Source of the DNA: a virus
Lineage: Duplodnaviria; Caudoviricetes
Strand: one strand, 5' to 3'
DNA: 64,000 bases
IMG/VR virus record: IMGVR_UViG_3300028549_000365
Span: 1-64,000 of that record
Below the pieces are notes generated by a model that had not been told where the DNA came from, did no database searches, and saw only the letters and a program-made list of their open reading frames with translations. The translations under genes and the position numbers were made by a program. Positions 34,928-43,915 of the stretch are shown one piece after another; the stretch's first letter is position 1; each line of letters begins with the position of its first letter.

Positions 34928-36120
34928 AACAAATTTGTATATTAATTATAATGATATTATGTAGCTTAAACCTTTATGGTGAAATAGCTACCAATATATC
35001 AGGGAACATAGAATACAGTAATATTAATACTGAAACAACTTATAACAACGGAGACTCTAAACAATATAACATAAATAGATTAGATACCACTGTTAATGTG
35101 GATACATATTTTGATAGTAGTAAGTTTGTCGTTAGCATCGGATATCTAGGTACAGATAGTGATGTTTATAATAATGTAGTACAAAAGGATATAACACCAC
35201 TTAAGGTGTTATATATAAATGAATTTTATTACACCACTAATATTTCGGAACACCTAACTGTATCTATTGGAGAGTTTACATTCAGAAAGGGTACGTTCTA
35301 TGAGCATAGTTATACTGGTGATAAGGTAGGTAATGGACTTTACAATATAATAGATGTTAATCTACAAGGTGGGTTAGTTAGCTGTATAACAGAGAATCAT
35401 GTTATAAGTATAGGTCGTATGTACTTTGATAAGTACGGTAAATCATTTTACGATTATGGTGAAGTTAACCCTGAACTATCTTACGATAGTTATAAAGGTA
35501 CAAATGTTGATATGCTTATACATAAATACAACAAAGATGAATTATACATAGAAACTAACATTTATGATATGGAACAGGTTGTAAACGGTTCACCTATTAT
35601 AAATACAAAAGCTTTAGGTGTTGGGATATCTTATGACAATACAGATAACAGTGGTATATTATATTATAGTATATTAACTAAAACAAAATCTACTGGTGAC
35701 ACTACTTCTTTATCACCTATATTTGTACCATATAAATCAGATAAGATACATTTCGATAAGTTTAGATCAAATGGTTACAGTTATTTGTTAGGTGTAAAAA
35801 AAGAATTAGATAATGTAATCTACGGAAAAGACATGACAATAGGATTTACATATACAGATAGAAGTAAAGGTTATCATAGTTTATTAGCTGGTTCACCTAT
35901 GTCACCTATGTCATATAGTGATGTCGGTAAATTCTACAATGTAAATACAGGATTAAAACTTAATAAAGATACTGTTATTAACTTAATGTATAGTAGACAT
36001 GACACAACTGGTATAAATAATAAGCTAGGTCTAAGTACTTTAACCTATGAAACAGGTAATTTACCTAATGGCGTGTCGCACAATGACAGTCTGATTGTTC
36101 AATTTTATATGAATTTTTAA
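34924..36120 (+). CDS. putative outer-membrane beta-barrel (porin-like)
   Basis: Signal peptide, alternating Tyr/Gly-rich beta strands, C-terminal beta-signal LIVQFYMNF. Confidence 0.7.
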   Translation: MKQICILIIMILCSLNLYGEIATNISGNIEYSNINTETTYNNGDSKQYNINRLDTTVNVDTYFDSSKFVVSIGYLGTDSDVYNNVVQKDITPLKVLYINEFYYTTNISEHLTVSIGEFTFRKGTFYEHSYTGDKVGNGLYNIIDVNLQGGLVSCITENHVISIGRMYFDKYGKSFYDYGEVNPELSYDSYKGTNVDMLIHKYNKDELYIETNIYDMEQVVNGSPIINTKALGVGISYDNTDNSGILYYSILTKTKSTGDTTSLSPIFVPYKSDKIHFDKFRSNGYSYLLGVKKELDNVIYGKDMTIGFTYTDRSKGYHSLLAGSPMSPMSYSDVGKFYNVNTGLKLNKDTVINLMYSRHDTTGINNKLGLSTLTYETGNLPNGVSHNDSLIVQFYMNF

Positions 36121-36122
36121 TA

Positions 36123-36156
36123 GTATAACACATAAGGGTTACCTTATGTGTTATAC
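36123..36156 (+). terminator. hairpin terminator closing the signalling operon
   Basis: GTATAACACATAAGG-gtta-CCTTATGTGTTATAC, 15-bp stem. Confidence 0.75.
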
Positions 36157-36188
36157 CCTTATTTACTGATTAATCATAAAGGAAGAAT

Positions 36189-36689
36189 ATGGAAAATATA
36201 AAACATTACGAAATAGCTAATTGTGTTAGTGTACCTGTTACACTAGCGTTTCTAAAAGTAGATGCATCAAAGAGTGTGTATGGTAAACTTATAAGCTGGT
36301 GGACTAAGTCTGAGTTTGTACACGTAGAGATTATAATAGGGGATATGTGGATTAGTTCAGTAGAGGGAACTGGTGTGCATATTAAACAACTTAAGCCGTT
36401 GAAAGATACTTATGTGTATCATAAACTAAGAGACGCTGTTATGACAGAGTCACAATACTTGGATATAAAAGAATGGATATGCCAACAAGAGAACGCTAAA
36501 TACGACAATACAGGTATAGTGTTATCACAAATTATACCTATTAGATACGACAGTAGAACTAAATGGTTCTGCTCTGAAATAGTAACTAAAATATTACAGT
36601 TGCTGGGGTACAAAGAGGTATTTAATTTATTACCGCATTTAATAGATCCAGGTTTTTTAACAAGATTATTTAAAGTAGTAAAGGAGTAA
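36189..36689 (+). CDS. permuted papain-like amidase (YiiX/NlpC-P60 superfamily)
   Basis: KLISWWTKSEFVHVEI (His) ... AKYD ... KWFCSEIV (Cys after His, permuted order). Confidence 0.8.
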   Translation: MENIKHYEIANCVSVPVTLAFLKVDASKSVYGKLISWWTKSEFVHVEIIIGDMWISSVEGTGVHIKQLKPLKDTYVYHKLRDAVMTESQYLDIKEWICQQENAKYDNTGIVLSQIIPIRYDSRTKWFCSEIVTKILQLLGYKEVFNLLPHLIDPGFLTRLFKVVKE

Positions 36690-36693
36690 CACT

Positions 36694-37875
36694 ATGAACG
36701 AAGAACAAATGAATATAAAACTAGACAGTCTAATATTAACATTAGAAGATAAAGAAAATAAGTTATTAAATTTGAATAAAATAAACTTACTTATAGGGGA
36801 TAATACTAACTTACAATACGACGCTAGCGTAATTGATAATGTTGAATTAAGTAAAGAGCACTTAGTAGGTATATACGGAGAACTTAATAAGTTAGGGTAT
36901 AACTTAGAAGATGATACTCTATATCATATGTCTACTGAAAGTTATGATAGTATATCTGCTGAAGATCTAGACGGTGAGAGAAAGAGTCTTATAGCTAGAG
37001 TAGACAGGTATATACGAAACGTAATAGGCGATATTACATCTATAGGTGATGATTTAGACTCTATAATGAAACTTATGAAAACAGTTAAGACTGATAAGCT
37101 AACTAAATTACTTAATGATCTAAATAGTGGAGTTTATAAAGAATCTAAGGATAAGATAACTAACCCAGCTATAAATAGCGACTTAGCGTTCTATTTTGTA
37201 AACGGACACACTGATATAGAACTAAACTCTTTAAAAGAGCTGTGTTCTACAGCTAGTGACTTGTTACTTAAAGATAAGCTGTTTGATGTTATGACTAAAT
37301 ATGCTTATGATAATTTGATTGTTGGTACAGACGTAGAAGATGAGATACCTACACATCAAGCTTCTGTTAAACATTTAGATAAAATAACATTACCAGAAGT
37401 AAGAGATTGGTTAAATAAGAATACTAAATTTGGTATTTACAATAGATACATAGGTAACAAATTTAGAATACTTAGTGTGTATCAAGATGAAGATGGTGCT
37501 GATGTTAGATTTGACACATATAATATTCCTAAAAACTATTACTTCGGTAAGACATTATCTCCGTTAACACTAGAAGAGTGTAAGCAACTTGTTAAAGAAG
37601 GTATAGATTTAGCTAACGATAGTGCGACTATGGCTGCTGTTGGTAGAGTTAATGCATTTGATACGTTCTGGAAGAGTGTTAGAAGTAAAATAGGTACTAT
37701 GGTATCAACGCATTTATTTAATATGTTTGCAGTTAAGAGATGGTTTAGACAAATTAACATGGGTAATGTATATTCGACAGGTACATACACAGTTCTAATA
37801 GGGCTAAAGAAATCACATATTGATATGTTAGATATGATACACAACATAGTTATAGCTAGTACTAAAGGAAAGTAA
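36694..37875 (+). CDS. phiKZ-like virion head protein (proteolytically processed)
   Basis: Acidic N-terminal region with MSTESYDSISAEDL, containing S-x-E sites like those cut by phiKZ head protease; family inferred. Confidence 0.55.
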   Translation: MNEEQMNIKLDSLILTLEDKENKLLNLNKINLLIGDNTNLQYDASVIDNVELSKEHLVGIYGELNKLGYNLEDDTLYHMSTESYDSISAEDLDGERKSLIARVDRYIRNVIGDITSIGDDLDSIMKLMKTVKTDKLTKLLNDLNSGVYKESKDKITNPAINSDLAFYFVNGHTDIELNSLKELCSTASDLLLKDKLFDVMTKYAYDNLIVGTDVEDEIPTHQASVKHLDKITLPEVRDWLNKNTKFGIYNRYIGNKFRILSVYQDEDGADVRFDTYNIPKNYYFGKTLSPLTLEECKQLVKEGIDLANDSATMAAVGRVNAFDTFWKSVRSKIGTMVSTHLFNMFAVKRWFRQINMGNVYSTGTYTVLIGLKKSHIDMLDMIHNIVIASTKGK

Positions 37876-38609
37876 TGAAAACTATAATATTATTTGTGAT
37901 GGTATTAGCATTAAATGCTTTTGCTAATAAATTAGATAAACTTCAAGAGCGTAACGACATAATAAAAGCTAGTTATAAGTCTGTTAGTGATAACGCGGAA
38001 CACACAGATACTTGGTTAGGGTATGTTAGATATGGTAAAGATGTTATTATTAAAGATACTAAATTATTTATCATACCGACATTCGATGGTAAGTACGAGA
38101 AACGTAATAATGTTCAAGTCAATGACAAGTATGATATTAGTCTATTATTAGAATGCGATATACCTAATTCTATAACAGGCTACTATTTAAAAGGTAGTTA
38201 TATTGTGGACGAAGCTAATAAGATATACAGTAAAACAAAAACAGGTATAGGTATGTACCAGTATTTATATAGATCTGATAGAGTGTTGCTAAAGACACGT
38301 GAAGGCGTACAATATAGTGACACAAGTTACACTATCGATAAAGATAGTGTAAATGTAGCTTATATTAAGTTTGGTTTATTGTCTGGTTATTATTATGCTA
38401 ACAATATATTTATAAAGGCTAAAGCTGATTATGATTTAAGTGTTAAAAATAAAGATGACATAATAGATACCTTAGTTAGTGCGGAGTACTCCATTAACGA
38501 TAAAGTTAGTATAGAAACATCTTATAGTTACCTTTATACAAAAACACCTATAACTAATCTACAGCACACACAAAGAGTTTTTACAACATACTTAATATAC
38601 AAGTTTTAA
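37875..38609 (+). CDS. DUF481-like outer-membrane beta-barrel protein
   Basis: Signal peptide MKTIILFVMVLALNAFA; ~245 aa; C-terminal SIETSYSYLY...P...FTTYLIYKF beta-signal. Confidence 0.65.
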   Translation: MKTIILFVMVLALNAFANKLDKLQERNDIIKASYKSVSDNAEHTDTWLGYVRYGKDVIIKDTKLFIIPTFDGKYEKRNNVQVNDKYDISLLLECDIPNSITGYYLKGSYIVDEANKIYSKTKTGIGMYQYLYRSDRVLLKTREGVQYSDTSYTIDKDSVNVAYIKFGLLSGYYYANNIFIKAKADYDLSVKNKDDIIDTLVSAEYSINDKVSIETSYSYLYTKTPITNLQHTQRVFTTYLIYKF

Positions 38610-38628
38610 ATTAGTATAAGGATAACGC

Positions 38629-39129
38629 ATGGCACAGTCTTTTCTAACTGACGGTAAAAATATAGAAACAGTAAATACAATTAGTTCAACATCTAGTGCA
38701 ACAGACCCATATAATATATTTGCATTAAGGTTGTTAAAATCTACTAACAACTTTCCATTATGTATAGCTACAGGTACGTGTAGTGAAATAGCTTTACCTG
38801 AAACACCAAATGTACCACAGCCTCCAGTAGATCCTAATGAAGGAAATGGTGTTGATGGGTTCTCTTTAAGACAACAGTTATTTAAAGTAAACTTTAACAC
38901 AATATATAGTAACACTTCTAATTTACCAACACATACAGACACTAGTGATAAGAGATACTTAATACGTGAAGTGTATCTTCCAGATGGAAAGCAAATAGAT
39001 ATTACTATAGATATGAAAACTAAAGGTTTAATAGTTACTACTATAACAGGTGACACAGGCTTCGATAGACCTTTAATAAAAACTACTACTTATGAGAAAA
39101 ATAAATTTATAAAAACAGTTTATAGTTAA
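38629..39129 (+). CDS. hypothetical protein
   Basis: AAGGA RBS. Confidence 0.7.
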   Translation: MAQSFLTDGKNIETVNTISSTSSATDPYNIFALRLLKSTNNFPLCIATGTCSEIALPETPNVPQPPVDPNEGNGVDGFSLRQQLFKVNFNTIYSNTSNLPTHTDTSDKRYLIREVYLPDGKQIDITIDMKTKGLIVTTITGDTGFDRPLIKTTTYEKNKFIKTVYS

Positions 39130-39138
39130 GGATATAAC

Positions 39139-39477
39139 ATGTGTAAAACACCACAAGAAGAACTAGAAGAGTTCTCAGAAGAGATAGCTAAAATACTAGC
39201 TAAAGACCTTAGAAGAAAGAATACTATTTTAATGATTATCTTTGTTATACTATTTATTATGTCCATAATACTAACATACTTTATAAGTAACTTTTCTGTA
39301 AGAATAACACACTTAGAAGATAGTAAAAAAGAAGTAATAAATAATGACGGGATAAGATTAGAGCTAGATAAGTTTGAAGTAACTAAACTAGTTAAAGATA
39401 AAGGTGGTACTACTATATGGTATAGAAATATCACTATTGATAAATCAGAATATTATACAGTACGTATGAAAATATAA
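39139..39477 (+). CDS. single-pass membrane protein
   Basis: ILMIIFVILFIMSIILTYFI helix. Confidence 0.7.
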   Translation: MCKTPQEELEEFSEEIAKILAKDLRRKNTILMIIFVILFIMSIILTYFISNFSVRITHLEDSKKEVINNDGIRLELDKFEVTKLVKDKGGTTIWYRNITIDKSEYYTVRMKI

Positions 39478-39497
39478 ATAAAATATAAAGGCAAAAA

Positions 39498-40562
39498 ATG
39501 GCATATGTTACAAGTGAACAATTACAACTAGAGTTAGAAAACCTAGCCCACGAACTCGGTATAAGCGTACAGGAACTTTTACAAGCTTATACTACTAAAA
39601 CTTATGTAGACGGTGAATTAGCTGCTATTAAGTTAGACATTCAAAAGATTACTGAAGTAGGTGAACTTGATACAGAATCTTTAGCTGAAAAAATTATAGC
39701 TATTAACCAAACTATTGGTACTACTGCTGATGAAGTAGTTAAATCACTTTTTGAAAGAATAGCTGAAAACAAAGTTGCTGTACAAGCAGTTGCTTCTGAT
39801 TTAGCTGGATACAAAGTTCAAGTTGCTACTGAGCAAGCTGCTCAAGACCAAGCTATAAATAATGCAGTTATTACAGTTAATGCTTTAGGTAATACTGTAG
39901 TTGCAAACAAAACAGCTCAAGATGCTATTAACTCTGACATTGAAGGTAGAGTAGCTAGTAATGAGAGTTCTATTACTAAACTTAATGGTGACGACACTGT
40001 AGTTGGGTCAGTAGCTAAACAAGTTAAAGATGCTATAGGAGCTGAAGCACTAAGAGCTAAAACTGTTGAAGGTGACTTAGGTACATTAACAACTGATTCT
40101 AAAGTTAGTTTAGCTGCTGCTATTAACGAAGTAGACGCTAATGCTGATGCTGCTAAAGCTGCAGCTGACGCTGCTTTACTATTAGCACAAGAAGCTAGTT
40201 CTGCAAACTCTACTTTAGGTCAAAATATTACTGACTTAACTAGTAGAGTAGTTACTCTTGAAGCTGAGAAAGTTAGAGTATCTGATATCTTAGATAATAA
40301 AGTTGTTAATGGTGAAGTTGTTAAAGGTGCAGTTACTAGAATCGCTGATTTAGAAGCTGGCCTAATAGCTAACCAAGCAGACCAAGACGCTAAAGATTTA
40401 GCTACTAACGCTAAGATTGATGCTATCGCTGGTTCTGGATTAGTAACGGGTGTCATTTGTGGTAAGAAAGCCGCAAATAAATTCAGACTAGTATTTGGAC
40501 AAGCACTTATTGCTGAGTGTGACGCTGCACCTGTTGGCGGTGGAGATAATGGTGGTTTATAA
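39498..40562 (+). CDS. Ala-rich coiled-coil fibre-like virion protein
   Basis: GDLGTLTTDSKVSLAAAINEV motif typical of phage fibre proteins; heptad-rich; codon usage like the capsid gene. Confidence 0.65.
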   Translation: MAYVTSEQLQLELENLAHELGISVQELLQAYTTKTYVDGELAAIKLDIQKITEVGELDTESLAEKIIAINQTIGTTADEVVKSLFERIAENKVAVQAVASDLAGYKVQVATEQAAQDQAINNAVITVNALGNTVVANKTAQDAINSDIEGRVASNESSITKLNGDDTVVGSVAKQVKDAIGAEALRAKTVEGDLGTLTTDSKVSLAAAINEVDANADAAKAAADAALLLAQEASSANSTLGQNITDLTSRVVTLEAEKVRVSDILDNKVVNGEVVKGAVTRIADLEAGLIANQADQDAKDLATNAKIDAIAGSGLVTGVICGKKAANKFRLVFGQALIAECDAAPVGGGDNGGL

Positions 40563-40567
40563 CAACC

Positions 40568-40609
40568 TATAGATACAAGGGAATTCCCTTGTATCTATAA
40601 CCTTTTTTT
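40568..40609 (+). terminator. intrinsic terminator
   Basis: Perfect 32-bp palindrome TATAGATACAAGGGAATTCCCTTGTATCTATA followed by a T tract. Confidence 0.85.
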
Positions 40610-40665
40610 GTTATTTTCATTTATTTGATTAGTCAACAATATAACCGTTAATATAAGGAGAATGT

Positions 40666-41853
40666 ATGAGTATAGCAATAACAACTACTGATGTTACTAT
40701 TGATAATCAAACTGTTACATTCGAAGATATTTATCAGTATGCAGTTAGTATAAATAAGACGTCTTTAGTTAATAAACTGGGTAATGCTTATTTGTTAAAG
40801 ACGAATCTTAAACTACAAAATGGAGCTACAGTACAGGACATAAATAAGGCTATAACAATTGAGGGTAAACTTATACAGATACCAACTGGTTGTACATTAC
40901 GTCTAGGTGAACGTAGAACTGATCTTTCAACTCTTAATGGATGTACGTTATCTGCTCCTAATATAGAAAACGCTTATGGGTTTGGCGCTACCACTACAAC
41001 AGCTAGTGGTAATTTACTATTATATAATTCAACTATAAATATATTCGGTTTTTGGTCCTTCTTTAAAGGTGATAACTTAGTAGAGATTATAGACTGTTTT
41101 ATAGACGGATTCGGTAGGATATCGGGAGTTAACAGTATACTTAAAAATATTATATTTAAGAAAGCTCATGGTAAATATGGTGGTTTAGCAACTATGGGTA
41201 ACATATTACTTATGAAAGACATATATAGTTATGATGTATTACCTTATTATGACTCATATGAAAAAGCAACTGTTAAATGCGCGTTATATCATAATCCACA
41301 GTTTGCTCCAAATGTAACTATGTACTATGGTGAGTTTTCTAATTATGAGAGTTTATTGTATGTAGAATCTATGTCATCTGGATCATATACTTTTGAACTT
41401 AGAGGAACTAAAGTTACTAATGGATATTCTATGTATAAAGAAGTAGGTAGTAAAACTGACTTCAAACATAGTTTTAGATTTAAACCAAAGATATTAGATA
41501 GTAATGGTGCTACATTAATGGATGTTAATGTTGTTATAAAAGATAAAACAGGTGCAATTGTATTAAATGCTAATACAGATAATAATGGAAATATAGATAC
41601 GTGGTTAACATACTGTAAACAATTACAGACAGAGAACACTGTAACTATTATGACTCCGCACACTATAACTTTAACTTCTGGAGATATAACATCAGAGTTG
41701 AAATTATATGTTAATGATAACTTTGAGGACTTCCCTATGTATTTACAACAAAGTGGTGGTGTGAGTTGTTCTGAATTAGATGACAAATTAAATAGTATAA
41801 TAAGTAAGGTTGACTCGCTTATAGAGGAAAATAACTACGCTATAGTAGTATAA
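40666..41853 (+). CDS. putative virion structural protein (beta-helix-like N-terminus)
   Basis: AAGGAG RBS; Gly/Thr/Asn-rich beta composition; short coiled-coil tail ending EENNYAIVV. Confidence 0.6.
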   Translation: MSIAITTTDVTIDNQTVTFEDIYQYAVSINKTSLVNKLGNAYLLKTNLKLQNGATVQDINKAITIEGKLIQIPTGCTLRLGERRTDLSTLNGCTLSAPNIENAYGFGATTTTASGNLLLYNSTINIFGFWSFFKGDNLVEIIDCFIDGFGRISGVNSILKNIIFKKAHGKYGGLATMGNILLMKDIYSYDVLPYYDSYEKATVKCALYHNPQFAPNVTMYYGEFSNYESLLYVESMSSGSYTFELRGTKVTNGYSMYKEVGSKTDFKHSFRFKPKILDSNGATLMDVNVVIKDKTGAIVLNANTDNNGNIDTWLTYCKQLQTENTVTIMTPHTITLTSGDITSELKLYVNDNFEDFPMYLQQSGGVSCSELDDKLNSIISKVDSLIEENNYAIVV

Positions 41854-41873
41854 AAAATATATAGGAATATAAA

Positions 41874-43253
41874 ATGGGTTTAAATGTAAGTTTTAAAGGT
41901 TTCGCTAAAGACGAGAACGATGTAGCTATAGACTGTAAGTTCCAGATACATTTTGTAAGACAAAATAAATGGAATAATGCTAGAAACACTACTGAAAGTT
42001 ATTATAGTTTCAACGCAGGAAGTGAGGATGGGTTAACTCAAGATGGTGATATGAAGAGCGGTGATGTTATATTATTAACTTTTTGGCACGGTAACGGTAG
42101 TGGTGATGGTGATGATAGTTTATTGTTAAACACACCAGCTAATAGAGACGATGTATTTGATAGGTTCTGTGTATTTGCAATAACACACGATGGTACAACA
42201 CAAGATTATGTTGTTAATGTACAACTTAAACCTAAGCTTGTTCCTAACATAGTTTGGACATTACCGACAACTGGAACTATTAATAGAACAATAACGGCTT
42301 TAAATACTTCTAATGATGAAACTAACTGGGTTTATGGAACTAAAACATTTTATCATCGTAACAGTTATTATGGTAGAGTTGTGTTCCCTAAGGTTGGGTT
42401 ATTAACTAGTACTTATGATTGGGTTGATCCTAATGACGCAGTTATTGATTATGAATCGTCTAACACACATAGTTATACACAAATAGGTGATTATGTTGTT
42501 AAACTTAAGGTAGTAAATTACTGGGAATTAGTTAGTAATAGTACTAAACCTATTAGATTAAAATATAATGTACCAATAGGTGGATTGAGTTTTAATCCTG
42601 ACGGAGTAACTGTTAAAGTGCATACTACTGAAAATAGTACATCTACAGCAAGTATAACTGATGAAGATAATAGAATATCATCTATTAACCATAACTGGGT
42701 TATTAAGAATAGAAATACTTTAGCATTAATAAGTGACACACTAGTTGATACAAATACTAATAAAGCCTACTCTTATAATAAAGTAATTAGTGTGTTACAA
42801 AAACATTATAGTAAACAAGTTATATCTTGGAACGATGGTTGGGAGAATTTAGTTGTAACATTTGAGAAAGAGTTAGTTATTACTAACTGGTTACCGTTAG
42901 TTAACTTTAACTTTATATTCCTTAATGATACAAGAGTTAGATTTACTCCTGTTTGTAGTGATATAGACGGATTCGTAGATAGATACACATGGAATTTATA
43001 TGCGTTAGTTCCTTTCCAAACTGGTACATATGCGTTATCTAAAACAGATGTGTTTACAGATGACCGTAATGTTGTAATAAACTTTGACTCAGCTGGTCAT
43101 TATAAGATGGTGTTAACTGCTAGAGATGATTATGGTGAAAGTGCAAGTGTTAGTAGAGAATTCGATGTAACATTAAGTGGTGATTGTGAATTAAGTGGTG
43201 GTATGACAAGTACTGATGTATTCTTCATTATACCAGATGAATATGAAAATTAA
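41874..43253 (+). CDS. PKD/Ig-like domain virion protein
   Basis: HSYTQIGDYVVKLKV and FDSAGHYKMVLTARDDYG are PKD-type motifs. Confidence 0.65.
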   Translation: MGLNVSFKGFAKDENDVAIDCKFQIHFVRQNKWNNARNTTESYYSFNAGSEDGLTQDGDMKSGDVILLTFWHGNGSGDGDDSLLLNTPANRDDVFDRFCVFAITHDGTTQDYVVNVQLKPKLVPNIVWTLPTTGTINRTITALNTSNDETNWVYGTKTFYHRNSYYGRVVFPKVGLLTSTYDWVDPNDAVIDYESSNTHSYTQIGDYVVKLKVVNYWELVSNSTKPIRLKYNVPIGGLSFNPDGVTVKVHTTENSTSTASITDEDNRISSINHNWVIKNRNTLALISDTLVDTNTNKAYSYNKVISVLQKHYSKQVISWNDGWENLVVTFEKELVITNWLPLVNFNFIFLNDTRVRFTPVCSDIDGFVDRYTWNLYALVPFQTGTYALSKTDVFTDDRNVVINFDSAGHYKMVLTARDDYGESASVSREFDVTLSGDCELSGGMTSTDVFFIIPDEYEN

Positions 43254-43268
43254 TAATAAGGATTTTAA

Positions 43269-43844
43269 ATGGGTAAATTAATATTTAATGGTATAAGTAA
43301 GAAGATATTCTTATCGGCTTGTAACTATTACGGAGCTAGTTTAAGGGTATCTGTATTAGATGACGACGCTAATGAATTTTTAGCAGAAAACGTACCTATG
43401 ACTGAAATAGTGGAACCTGTAACTGCGTTTGATACAACTGTAACAACTGTAGCTAATAAAGGTGAAAAAGTAGTAACAGTTAATAAAGTTACTGGTTTAT
43501 CTAAGAGTGATAGGATACGTGTAGTTAACGAAGTATATAGAGTTGTTGATATTGACATAGTCGGTAAAAACATAACACTACACACAGGTTTATTAGAAGA
43601 TATTCCTGTAGACGGAGTTATAGAACGTGTAGGTAACATGGGTATCTTTAAGATACAACTAGCTGTTACTAGGAATGGTTATTTTGTAATACAAGCTAAG
43701 GATACGAAGTTTGGATTACAACATAGTGAAAGTTTAACTGTTAAAGAGAATAGCATAGAGACGCTATTAGAGTACACTAATGTGGAGATCAACGAAAATG
43801 AAAGAGTCATTAGAGAAACTAGCAGTTATACTATTATTATTTAG
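43269..43844 (+). CDS. putative virion structural protein
   Basis: Beta-rich; ends RETSSYTIII. Confidence 0.6.
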   Translation: MGKLIFNGISKKIFLSACNYYGASLRVSVLDDDANEFLAENVPMTEIVEPVTAFDTTVTTVANKGEKVVTVNKVTGLSKSDRIRVVNEVYRVVDIDIVGKNITLHTGLLEDIPVDGVIERVGNMGIFKIQLAVTRNGYFVIQAKDTKFGLQHSESLTVKENSIETLLEYTNVEINENERVIRETSSYTIII

Positions 43845-43915
43845 TATAGACCTTATAGGTAGAGCACTATTTATGTTTTGTTTTGTTAAATAAAAAAGAA
43901 AAAAAAGGATTTAAA

